Source of the DNA: Zygnema circumcarinatum SAG 698-1b
Lineage: Eukaryota; Plantae; Zygnematophyceae
Reading direction: 5' to 3'
Length of the DNA stretch: 64,000 bases
NCBI GenBank assembly: GCA_037447605.1
Contig: CM074804.1
Location: forward strand, 1,302,001-1,366,000
The first letter of the stretch is position 1, and every line of letters begins with the position of its first letter. Positions 12,574 to 24,700 of the stretch are shown in pieces. The notes under the pieces were generated by a model. It saw only the letters and a list, made by a program, of their open reading frames with translations. It made no database searches and was not told the origin of the DNA. Both the position numbers and the translations under genes were made by a program.

Positions 12574-15500
12574 TCACTCCTCTCCCCTCTCACCCCTCCC
12601 TTCTCTCCTCTCAGCTCTCCCCCCCAGCGAGGGGAAGTAGCAGTCTATGTCGACGGCTTCCAGAATGTCCTCAAGGCTGGCAGTGTACGAGGAGTGGCCC
12701 CTCTTCAGGAGGGGGGTCAGGTCGATCTGCAAATGCCACATACCCGAATAAAGACAAGGAGGAAAAAAGAAAGGCAAGAATGTACTACATGTATATACTG
12801 CAGCAGATTTCATGGGCTGGATTGCTACAGTATATGTGGTTTTCTGGGATCTTTTATTAGTCCTCATCCTCATCCCTACATCCACCTACGTATCCTCGCC
12901 CACTCCTTCCGCTCCCTCCCACTCTTTGCCCTCCTCACCTCTCCATTCCCTCCTTCCATTCCCCCATCAAAGACGTTTACTTGAGCTCTCTCATACACAT
13001 GAATAGAAACAGGAAAAGGTCGCAAGGAGAAGGCGAAAGGAGCGAGGGAGAGGGAGTGGACGAGAGAGAGGGAGGGCAGGTGCAAACATTTTCAATGCCG
13101 GGAGAGGCGACCCTCTGGATGCCCGCCACTCCTGACCTCAGAAAGCTGCAGCCGAAAACAACCTCTCACAATTTCAAATTTAAAGTGTCGCCCACTTTCA
13201 GAAAAAGTAAAAAATAAAAGGACGCGGGGGGGGGGGCGTCCCCAAGCATTGCAAATGAATTTCTTTTCTTGAACTCCTAATGCAAAAAGTGATTATCACA
13301 AACGAGGCTTTCGGACTTAGAAAAGCTTCAGACATTGGAATCCGAAATCAGTACACTCTTTCCCAAGAGATAAATAGTAGCAGCGAAATAAATAGTACTT
13401 AGTTCAAAAACACATGACATATTGACTAGTTCAGGTCTAAACCCCCCTAGTGACGTTCCTGCATTCCCGTGGAAGGTTCCAGATCTTAAAAAGGGATACA
13501 CAACTTCAGTGGTTAAACTGTACAGTCTGCATTGGAAATTCAGCCCTGCCAGGGAGAGGGACACAAGCACGGGAGAGGGAATGGAGAAAGAGAGAGGGAA
13601 TGGAGAAAGAGAGAGGGAATGGAGAAAGAGAGAGGGAATGGAGAAAGAGAGAGGGAAAGAAGGAGATAGCGAAGAGGGGGCGGGTGGAAGAAAATGGCAG
13701 AAGTGTGTGTGAGAGAGAAGGAGGAGGGTGGGGAGAGAGAGAGAGGGAGAGAGAGAGAGAGAGTGCCTGGTGCGGTAGAGCAGCCCGAGAGTCCAGTCAT
13801 TGCTGCAGAACCCGTTCACAAACCGCCCTGCCACCACCTGCTCCGAAAACAAAAAACCTTCAACCTCAAAACTTTCCATTCAACCCCAAACTGACCACAT
13901 CCAACCCGAGGGGGAGGGGAAGGGGGAAGAGGGGGGGGAAGAGGGGGAAGAGGGGGAGGGGGAGGGGAGGGGAGGGAGGGAGGGAGGGGAGGGGAGGGAG
14001 GGAGGGAGGGAGGGAGGGAGGGAGGGAGGGAGGGAGGGAGGGAGAGAGAGAGAGAGGAGAGTGTGTGAGAAAGAGGAAGCGAGAGAGTCCGACCTTTCGC
14101 AAAGCAGCCCAGCGCTCATCCCGTGCGGGAACCGGAGCGCCCAACAGCACCACCCTCTCCACCAGCCCGCCTGCACATCCATCTGGCCCTCACTGTGAGG
14201 GAGGGACAGGAACCGAGAGAGAGGGAAGGAGAGGAGAGAGAGTAAAGGCAGGAGTGGGAGAGGGAGGAGAGTTGAGAGGACGTATGAATTGGTTCAAGTG
14301 TTGGTTGCTCACTTTCGCCCTTCTTTGCCAGTTGGTGAAGGCACGAAAAAATGACCCGAGCCCCCATAGAGTAGCCTAGAAGCGTGACAGGCCTGCACGG
14401 AGGTCGATGAGGGAGGGGGACAGAGCGAAGCGACAGAGGGTGGGAGGGAGGTGGAGGACGAGGGAGAAGGAGAGGGGGAGAGGAGGGGGGAACGGAGAGA
14501 GAGGTGGGACGAGATAGAGTGGGAGAGAAGGGGGGAGGAAAAGAGAAAGAGAGTGAGAGAGAAGGGGGTGTGCAAGTTATACAGGGAGGACGAGGAAGAC
14601 AACAGCCCTATCTCTGACACTCACAACCGTCTCTATGTTTTTTCTGCTTGTAAAAACACAAGGTATAGCCGAGAAGTCAAAATTAGCTCCGCAGTTTTGG
14701 AGGCAGATGGAGGCAGAGGGTGCACGGCCTGCATGTGAGGAGCACCTATCGCCATGGATGCGCTTCACGAGAACATCGGCGAGGAGGGTGCCGGCCTTGT
14801 CGGACCTGCACGAAAGAACGCTCTTGTGGAGGGTCAGTATAGTATGCACAGGGTGGTTAGAGTGAGAGAGTGAGGAGAGAGAGTGAGAGAGAGGGAGACA
14901 GAGAGAGAGGGGGGGGGAGATAGAGAGGATGGGGAATGGGCAGGGGGTGGGGAGGGGGAGGGGAACGGGGAGGGGAAAAGGGAGTCCGAGGGAGAGCGAG
15001 AGGTAGAGCGAGTTTGAGAGGAAGAAAGAAGGGCAGAAGCAGAAGGAGAGGTGGAAGGACGGAGGGACGGAGAATGAGGTGGGAATAGCGGGCGGGGAAG
15101 AGAGGGAGAGAATGAGGGACAGGGAGAAAGAGAGAAAGGGAAAGAGAGCGAGAGGGGGAGAGAGATGGGCAGAAGAAGAAGGAGAGTGAAAGGGAGCGAG
15201 AGAGCGTCCGAACCTATCAACCGCTAGTGTCCAGCGACTGTCAATCATGTTAGTGGCAGAGACGAGGGCGAGGGGCCAAGCCATGGCTGTGAGCAGCGTG
15301 GAAAGCACTGTGAGCATGGCGCCCTGAGTCATGGCCTTCTGGATAATGGCTGCATGCATGGCCCATGATCATTGCCCCACACCACGCAGTCAGTTAAAGG
15401 TTTCAGACACATTTTGAGTTCACAAAGTGGAGCTGAACATAATCATTACGTCCACCATACCGTCCCTTCTTTCAGGATATAAGTTCATTTATTTTTACGG

Positions 15501-17204
15501 ATTCAAGGCGGGCGTTAAAAAGCTCTATTTGGGGCGCTGGAATGAGGGTGAGAGAGGGACGCACTGTTTCGAAGCATGTCCTCGAGATCGGACGAGAGGG
15601 GGATAAGATGCTTGCTTTCATACATGAGGGCATACCTACAAAGGCCGCCCCTTCAAGGGAAATGTTAACGGGTTGGTGAAATCATTTCAATCCAAACCTT
15701 TGTAACTTTCAAAGAAAATCCCAGGTAATCTCTGGTATTTCGATGTAAAAGAAAACGTTTTTCAAATCAGGATCCATGAAGAGTTCATGGGTACTATGAA
15801 CCCTCTCGCTCTCCCTTCTGTTCTTTCGACGTCCTCCTCTTCCCCCCCTGCTCTCTCTCTCTCTCTCTCTCTCCCTCTCTCCGCTCGTTATCCTTCGAAA
15901 CATTGCTATAAGAGCTTCGGAATTCTTACGATTCCAGGTCAGGACCTAACTCTCCCCACGGTTCCGTGAATTCGCTGACATCGTGGACATATCCCGATAT
16001 GCAAACTGCCACAGAGAGTCGCTGAAAAACAACAACAACAGCTATTTATCAAAATTTTCAAATTAAGGCAAAAGAAGCGGAGGAAAATTGACATTCGAAA
16101 AATAAAGATAATAAAGACACCAATCATTCTCACATTTTGTTCTTCCCGAAGTGCACTTAAGCTTCAAGAAGCCCAATGTTCAAGAAGCTTGAGTACTTCA
16201 TTTTTTTCGTGAGAAGCTCTATGATGCCAACAATGTTATTAATTTCTAAATATATTCAAGAAAATCATGGTTTCCGGACAAGTAAAACTGACCGGTCGAA
16301 AAGTTTTTGCCAACTCCTTCCCCCTCTCTCTACGCTTCATCGACGAGCCCCATTTCCAACTCCTCTTCCTTTGCGGTACTTTCGACCCGTCCTTTGCTGA
16401 GGAATCCTCAAGGCCTTGTCTAGAAATATTCTCATTTCTGAACCCCCCGCCTGTTTCTACTGGTGTATTTCTATTTCCGCTCTTCCATTCCGACTCATAT
16501 TCAACTCTCGCATCTCCCATTCTTGCAGATCTCCCGTCTCCGCTACTATCCCCTTGGTCCTCTCCTAGTGTTGAACCTTGTGCCTCTCCCTCTCTCTCCC
16601 TCTCTCTTCCCTCTCTTGCAAGTACAGCCTCAGGTTCTGCTCCCAGTTTAATAAATTCAAACTCCTCGACATCTCCCATTCTGCGGGACATCTTGTAGCC
16701 GGCCAATCCGGCTCCCCCAGCTGTACGCTCCTCCCACATAAAATTTGTGAGCAGCTGTCTAGAGGGCCCTATTCTTGCCATCTATGAATATGAAGACGAG
16801 CGTAGACCTAGACGAGGAAATGAGAAAGGTTGTAACCAATGGGAAAGAAGAACCCAAAAGATACTAACAATCAACAACAACAAATCGGTGCCCTGTGTCA
16901 ACCCCACGATTCAACTCTTTGTATTGGAGTATATCTTGTTATTTTTTTGCAGAGTAAAACATGGGTCAGAGGCTGCCCGTGTGTACCTCCAAAGGCACTG
17001 ATGACGGCGGCGGAGGACCCGGCCACAGTGACTGCCCCGGCGAGGGCAGTCCCCAGGAGGGGGACCGCGGTAAAGGCAGGGCTCACGGCTGCGAGTCCTG
17101 CCGCTATGGCGGGTGCAGCCAGACCTGCACCAACCCTAGCACAGGCTGAGGGAGGGAGAGGGGGAAGGGGAGGGGGATGGGGAGAGACGGGGGAGAGAGA
17201 GGGA

Positions 17205-17244
<40 letters not shown>

Positions 17245-17260
17245 AAAGAGAGAGAGAGAG

Positions 17261-17325
<65 letters not shown>

Positions 17326-19408
17326 GACGAGAGAGAGAGAGGGGGAGGAGGAGGGCAGGAGACAGAGAAGGCTGATAGGGAGATAAGGAGTGAAGCAAGG
17401 GGCAGGTCAAGGGCACCACCTCCAGTGACCGCGAGAATGGCCCCTGCAGCGACCGCTGTGCCCCCAATGATGGCTCCCTTCTTCCAGTTCGTCCACCGCC
17501 CCGGCGTCGTCTCCGCCTGCTCTCCCACGGCCCCCTCCTTCTGCTTCTGCAGTTCGTACAGGGCCAGAGCTGCCATGGCCTCCATGGAAGCCTGCCCATG
17601 CACATGCTCAGATGTTTCATTTCAGGTCCTAATGTTAGGGTTCAATAAGAAGGAAACAGTAGTGAACATTCGCATTCATTCAGGCAGATTGGTAACCTAG
17701 ATACCTTGAATTTCCCTTACCCTTGTCCAATGTGTATAAATAGGATTTCTATATAAGGGGTAGCATTTCTCACCACTTTCTGCCATCTCACATCCAGCCA
17801 TGCTGCAACAAGGCGGAGAGCCACTCGCTGCCGGGCATCATACCCGGGCCGCAGCTTTCCGGTTCCTTCTTTCTCATTTGGGAGATCAGCAAGGCAGGCA
17901 GTGAGGAGCTCAAAAAGCACTTTTATACGCAGATGCTGTCGCACTTTAATACTCTCTCGAACTGCAGTCGAAACTAGCTCTTCCGCTCTACCCCCTCCTT
18001 TCTCTCTCTCCTCACTTCCCTTCGCCTCCTCTTCCTGCTTATCTTCGTCAGACTCTCTCCGTTCCTCTTCTTGTGTACTCAATCCCTCCAAAGAGTGCAC
18101 CTCCTCCTTCAAAACCTGCTCCTCTCCCTTCTCTCCCAACCCCAACTTCTCTATTCGATGCAGTTCTTCCTCCGACGGAAAACCACTATGGGCCCAACTT
18201 TGTGAGTTTGCAGTCGTTGGATCCTCCGATTTCTGAGCTTCCTTTTCTGCCTTATTCGAGGCCTCCTCCTCCCGAATTTGCTCCGCTCTCCTTTTCTCCT
18301 CCAGGAGGGCCTTTGTGGCTAAGCGCTTCTCTTCGTGCTCCCTCTCCGCCTTCAAAGTCGCAGCCTCCAATGCATTGTCAAGCTCCATTTCGGCTTTCAC
18401 ACTCTCCTCACTTCGATGCTCATCCTCAGATAACAAAAGCTGAAGGAACTGCGCGCAACCATTTAAAACATAATTTGGTTGCGTGCACGTTTAATCGTTC
18501 AGTGAGGCAATCAAGGTATAAGATTAGTTTGAGTCTGGCAGTGATTGTATTGACCTTACCGTTGATGCGAATTTCTGTGCTGCATGTTAAGGATGGCCAT
18601 AGACTCTCAATGCTGTTCTTTCAACATTATTGGCATTAGGAAACATGGATTTCAAGACCCACAAAACAAGAACCCTGCATTTTCATTACTTAAAATTGCA
18701 TCTGATTCACAAGTAAAAGAAGGAGCACAAAAGATCTAGTGATAAGTATAGAGTTAAACAAAATTACCACGCTCAGGTGAATGTGGGAATCAGGACTTCG
18801 CGCGAGTCGCAAGAGGATTTCGCCCCTTTTCTCGTCCAGCTTCAAAGATCTGTAATGCAGCAAAGCCTAAGGTAAGCCCAAATGCATGGAAAATTTGAAA
18901 GGTTGTCGAAAGCGAGGCAACATGAACGCGCATTATTATATTTTAAGAGTCAACTGACAAATCCGGAAATTCAACAACACAAGTGAAACGGCTCATAGAC
19001 ATTCGGCACGTAGATACTGGACTTGGATATCATAAAAGGAGTTCTCCAACCCCACTTTATAACTTTCCTTATTTTAAAAGCAGTCACCGCACTTTCTACA
19101 CTTCAAGACCAACAAAATACCTTACCAACCAATGCTCTCCAGCAGCTTATTAATCGCACACACACACACAGACAAAAAGAGATATTCAAATCCTCGCATG
19201 TGAAATTTACCGACATTAGAAATCACCTAAATATATGATCGCAAAGGCCACATTCCCTGCTGCTCCAAATCTCCTCCGGTGAGTCTGCAATAGACTCCAA
19301 ATCCTTCACCCCATAGTCGCCAAGCTGGTGGCGCTGCGCCTCCGCCAGCGCAAGGGCAAACAGCCCCGCGGCTGCATAGCGCTGCACTTCAGAGAACTCC
19401 TCCGCCAT
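12574..19408 (-). CDS. TMCO4: TMCO4/DUF726-family membrane alpha/beta-hydrolase-like protein, about 12 exons
   Basis: Ordered exons: QRYAAAGLFALAL (19408-), LFELLTACLAD...GYDARQRVALRL, WKKGAIIGGTAV...TGG/LAAPAIAAG, AGLAGYKMSRRMGDVEEFEF, RLSVAVCISG, YALMYESK, GAMLTVLSTLLTAMAWP, PVTLLGYSMGARVIF (~14320-14392), VVLLGAP, VAGRFVNGFCSNDWTLGLLYR, GVAGIQRV, GHSSYTASLEDIL to stop at 12574. Confidence 0.92.
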
Positions 19409-20819
19409 GGCTGATCCTCCACGGATGAACGAGCCTCCTACGAGGAGAGGGAAGCGACGGGAGGGAGAGCTCTGCGAGGAGAGGGAGGAGAGAACTACAG
19501 AATATGGAGCACGAAAGAAGGGCCAGGAAGGAAGGGAGAGAGAGAGAGGGGAGGAAAATATCTCCTTGAACCCTGGGGTTCACAGTAGATAGAACCTTCG
19601 CAGGAGGAGTGCATACAGAGAGATAGATATGAGCGCGGAAGTGGGCCAGGAAGGGAGAAAATAAAAAAGAGATGAGGTCGGGGAAAAAACAGAAGCTTGC
19701 TCCTGCAGAAAGCAAGGGCTATATACTGCCCCGAAAAGGTCAGGGCCGTACAAGTGCAAGAAATCCTACCAGCGGGCACCACGTGGCGACAAGAGGGCTT
19801 CACACGTCAGCGCAAGAACCTAGCTGGCCGCCACGTGGTTTCGAGATCCACACTGTTCTGTAAGCTGGGATCAATTGTGCCGGAATCCAGTGGAAGGCTG
19901 ATTCAATGCCGTGTGGACTCGACGAAAAAATCGAGTGGGTGTGACGTGGCTGGAAGCTATTGGATGGACAGAGGTTGAACTTCTTGAAGAAATGCGGGCT
20001 TAACATGTTGAACCAAGTTACGCCGTCATTAGCGGCGGGATCAACGGCGCAGCGCGTGCTCTTCTGGAGGTTGTTTCCCGGGACTTGCACCGCCGCCGGC
20101 AGGAGCTTCGGCGACAGGCGACGACCTTGCGACGCCTCTGCGACCCAAATTGGCGGCTACGATCGTATTTATTGGCGGAGATCCGTCGCAAGCGGCACAT
20201 GGTCGCCCGGATTATGTGACGTTACGTCCCGCTCGCTGCCTTGGACGTTGGTGCCGTCTCCGCTGTCTCAGAAATCCCACCAATGGAGATGCACCACGTA
20301 ACTAGTTTGGTACACGTGGCGAGTCACCAGTGGATGTTCTCCTCGAGTGCAGGGCCGCCAGGGAGAAGGGGCCAAGAGGGAGTGAGCACAGGGCAGGGCA
20401 GTGGATGGGACTTGGCTGCTGGAAGGCCATGGAAACGGTGCTTTTCGGGCGATATTTGGAGGGTTGCAGCGTCTGATTGCGTCGACTTGGGCGCCGATAT
20501 TGTCTTTCTGGAGTCTGCATTGGTCTGGTGGACTTGTTTGATGCCAAGGAGGCCCTCGTTGGACCGGTTGTTGTTGGAGATTTTAGGTGTTGGAACTCAC
20601 ATTTTTGGTGATTCTGACTAGCCGCTGTCTCGGAGGGGCGGTAGGTTGCTTCGCGGTGCAATACTGTGGTTTTGACAACATTGTCTGCTTCAGGATAGTT
20701 CTTCACACTAGTTTCAGTCCTTTTGGAGGATTTTAGCAACTGTTAACCATCTTGTTCGGAAATTCTGAATTTTAGAGGAGCAGAATTGTTTCGATAAGAT
20801 TTCAGAAAGAGCAGACAAG

Positions 20820-21275
20820 ATGGGAAAACGGTCTCCACAGGAGATCTTGGCAGCCAATATTCTGAAGGAGCGAATCAATGGTTTGGAGTCTCAGGCCCGT
20901 CCGATAGAAGCGAAAGGCGTGAATGCTTCCTCACCAGTTCTCAAAGGAATTGCAAATGGCGTCCTCTTTGTGCAAGAGAGAGTCGACTCGCCTCCTGTAT
21001 CAGCTGTTAAGCGGCAGCCTCGATTAACTCGCCAAGATTCTCGAACTGCGCCAAGCAGTCCATTGCATACCGAAGTTGTATATCCCTCTGCTGTGTCGGT
21101 TCCAGGATCAAGCATAAAGTCGGGAGACGAGTTCCGGTTAAGCCGCTCTCGCAGCTGTGGATCCTTGAATGAGCTCCTGGGAGATGAGTCTACACACACT
21201 GGAGATGCTGAAGTGCATCACTATGGAGAGCTGCGGTTTCGCAAGCGCGCAGGGGAGCATGCAACGGAGGCATAA
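20820..21275 (+). CDS. Hypothetical protein, 151 aa, Ser/Arg-rich; 3' end may be spliced differently
   Basis: ATG-initiated ORF in non-repetitive sequence with protein-like composition (LSRSRSCGSLNELL), downstream of a G-box-rich promoter-like region. No family recognised. Confidence 0.5.
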   Translation: MGKRSPQEILAANILKERINGLESQARPIEAKGVNASSPVLKGIANGVLFVQERVDSPPVSAVKRQPRLTRQDSRTAPSSPLHTEVVYPSAVSVPGSSIKSGDEFRLSRSRSCGSLNELLGDESTHTGDAEVHHYGELRFRKRAGEHATEA

Positions 21276-21777
21276 GCAGAATGATGAAGAATGGAGAACG
21301 AAGTGGCTTTCCTATTATGATCATTTGCAGCGGTGTTCGTTTCCTTCCTGATTGTATGGATACTCACAAGATGAGGCAGCGCTATTTTCAGAGTCTATGT
21401 CAGGTAGTCGCCTTTAATGGAAACCGATTGAATATGGTACCAGGATGGAGCCCTACAGCAGGAACGTTGACATTATTTGTGAAGGGACAGTATTTGTTGG
21501 CGGTTTGCTAGCAAGGTCCTAGAGAGCTGTGACTTGTAAATGATGATTTGCAGATGCAGTCTGTTGGGATGGTGAAACTCTTGTTCACTACCAGAACTTC
21601 GTGTTCCCGCTGGTAAAGTCGCTGGCCTATGTCTCCAGTGCAGCAATTTGTGTTGTAAGTAAGAGGAGTATAACCACATTGGCGGGCTTGTCGTTGATAT
21701 CTGACACCTATTCATATCAGTAATAAGGATGACTGGCTCAGCTGTAGGATTTTTTTTCAGGTTTGTGACGTTAGAGG

Positions 21778-24700
21778 TTATCGCGCCACTTTTTGAGAAG
21801 CGTACAATGCTTTAGAGGCTGTGTTCAGGCTGAAGTGTACAGTCAGAGAAGCGGAGTATTTCATTATTGGGAAAACTGGTGACTGCGAGTTAAGTGATTC
21901 TGTGCTGTATATTTTCTGCTGTGGTCTTGTAACAATCCAGGATTGCTCCCTTATAAACAACGATGCTAATTGGTTATAGCGAAGCTTTATTGTTAAGTTA
22001 TATTGAAGTAGATTTGTCAATCCTGCTGAACTGTTACAGAACTTCCCAATGTCAAAGCGCCCATTGAAACTGGCTGTTACTATTTCAGTTCGATAAATCT
22101 GCATGAGGGGAGTGAGAGGGGAGCGGGGAGAGGGAGATGGGAGGGGTAGGAATGGGGCGAGAGGGCAAAAGGGAGAGCGAGTAGAGAGCGGGAGAGGGGG
22201 AGAGAGGGACAGGGAGGGGGGGAGGGGGGGGAGGAGAAGGAGAGAGAGAGGGGGGGGGGGGAGAGATAAGGGGAGATGANNNNNNNNNNGGGGGGGGGGG
22301 AGAGATAAGGGGAGATGAGAGAGGTGGGGTGGGAGGGGTAGGAAGGGGCCGTGAAGGAGTGGGAGGGAGAGGGGGAGAGAGGGAGAGGGGGGAGGGAGGG
22401 GGACGAGGGGTAGGAGAGAGGGAGGAGGGGAGGAGACAGGGAGGGGGGGATGAGAGGGGTGGGGAGATGGGAGGGGTAGTAGGGGGGCAAGTGGAAGAGA
22501 GGGGGAATGGGAGAGGGGGTGAGTGAGAGAGGGGGAGGGAGACGGCGGAGGTGGGGAGGGGAGGGAGAAGGAGCAAGAGGGGGTGGGATGAAGTGGGGGA
22601 GGGAAAGGGAGAAGGGGAGGGGAGGTGGGAGGGGGAGAAGGGGGGAGGGAGAGGGAGAGGGGGAGAGGGGGGGAGGGGGAGGGAGAGGGGGAGACGGCGA
22701 TGGGGGGAGGGAGAGGAAGAGAAGGAGAGAGGGGGAGGGCGAGAAGAGAAATGGATGGAGAGGGAGCGAGGGACCGGGAAGGGGAAAGTAGGGAGGGGGA
22801 GGGGGGGGGAGAATGGGCGGAAGGGACGGAAGCGGTGGAGAGAGGGAGAGAGAGACGGAGGGAGAGGGAAATAGGAAGAGGAGAGAGGGAAAGGAAGGGG
22901 GGGAGAGGGAAGGGGAGGGATTGGGAGAGAGCAGCGCGGGTAAGAGGAGAAGGTAGAGGGAGGGGGAGTATAAAGGACAATTGATGTCCACCAACTGACA
23001 TTACAATCACACACATCCGGGGGAGCCCGCTGACCCCAATTGTGGACAAACTCGAACTCCAGAACCATGGCAGACCCCCATTTCTTTTGTCCGTTTACCC
23101 TCTTAAACCTGAAAGAGGTTCGACAGTTCAGTGCAGAAAATATATAGGCAGCTCGCCTTCCACCAACCACGATGCTATGTACAGGCCTTGCCCAATGTGA
23201 ACGCGGCCATTCTCTCTCCCTCTCCCGCGCTGCCGCACACCCGTTTCTCTCGCCCTCTCTCGAGTCCTTAGAAATCCTTCAGCTGCTCTGTACAGAAACA
23301 GGTATAGACTTAACCTTTTTCTTTGGTACCAGACTCCTAAACCTAAACCCTTAAAAGTTTGAAACCCTCTGCCCCTCCCCCCTACTACCACTATATGCAC
23401 AGGTACACATTTTCAGTGATTCCACAGACATCTTTGAGGTCTGAAAACTGAGATTTGTCGGACCAATATTTCTGCCCCCCTCTCCCTCCCTTTCTCCCCC
23501 ACTCTCTCCCTCCCTCCCTCCCTCCTCTCTCACTCTCTCCCATCTCCATGCCGCCGCACCGCTTCCACCAGCCTAAGAAAAGGAAGGGACACAATTGCGA
23601 AGGCGAACACGGCTGCTTCCTCCTCTCCCCGCAACTGTCAATTTCACCTGCAGAAAATCCTGAACCCTGAGCGCGTGAACCTCCGCCAAAACCCTAAAAT
23701 TAAGCCGCCCTTGCCCCCCAGCCCTGCCAGCTGGCCCCCCACTTTCGAGGCGCAGTGGATGCCAGGCCCGCCTTGATAATGTCGAGGGCGCGTTCCGTGT
23801 GCTGGGGAGCCAACAGTTGCGGGTCCGACGGATTTCGACGCAACGGCGCCATGGAAACTCCGCCCAGTCCCTGCTGCTGGTCCGCGTTTTGGAAGGAGGC
23901 GGTTCCATGTTCCGATTCGCGGCGACTCTGCTCCTGCTCTCTCTCGCGTAGAGCGCTTCGAAGGCGATCCAACTCGGCCATTCTGGGAGGTGAGGGAGGA
24001 GGTGCGCAGCTTAATATTTAACTTGATCAGGTGCTATTGCATGTTACTCAATTACACCAATTTTTCCTTTAATTTGCTTCAAAAGGACTGAAGGATTAGC
24101 TCCACTCACAGGCCGATCAGGGAACGCTGGTTCCTGCCTCCCCTCTCCCCTCTCCCCTCTCCCCTCTCCCCTCTNNNNNNNNNNGGGGGGGGGGGAGAGA
24201 TAAGGGGAGATGAGAGAGGTGGGGTGGGAGGGGTAGGAAGGGGCCGTGAAGGAGTGGGAGGGAGAGGGGGAGAGAGGGAGAGGGGGGAGGGAGGGGGACG
24301 AGGGGTAGGAGAGAGGGAGGAGGGGAGGAGACAGGGAGGGGGGGATGAGAGGGGTGGGGAGATGGGAGGGGTAGTAGGGGGGCAAGTGGAAGAGAGGGGG
24401 AATGGGAGAGGGGGTGAGTGAGAGAGGGGGAGGGAGACGGCGGAGGTGGGGAGGGGAGGGAGAAGGAGCAAGAGGGGGTGGGATGAAGTGGGGGAGGGAA
24501 AGGGAGAAGGGGAGGGGAGGTGGGAGGGGGAGAAGGGGGGAGGGAGAGGGAGAGGGGGAGAGGGGGGGAGGGGGAGGGAGAGGGGGAGACGGCGATGGGG
24601 GGAGGGAGAGGAAGAGAAGGAGAGAGGGGGAGGGCGAGAAGAGAAATGGATGGAGAGGGAGCGAGGGACGGGAAGGGGAAAGTAGGGAGGGGGAGGGGGG

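Noticed and set aside
22080-23049. Pro/Ser/Leu-rich ORFs of 300-420 aa resembling extensins, and their duplicates at 24044-25064
   Set aside because: Most of their length is an intronic C/T tract that crosses N gaps. Only short parts belong to the spliced gene model.
23391-23594. Dual-specificity phosphatase-like or SAM-domain-like readings (PFLFLG, DLKDVCGIT)
   Set aside because: These frames are not compatible with the phase-consistent splice model, and no HCX5R motif is present.
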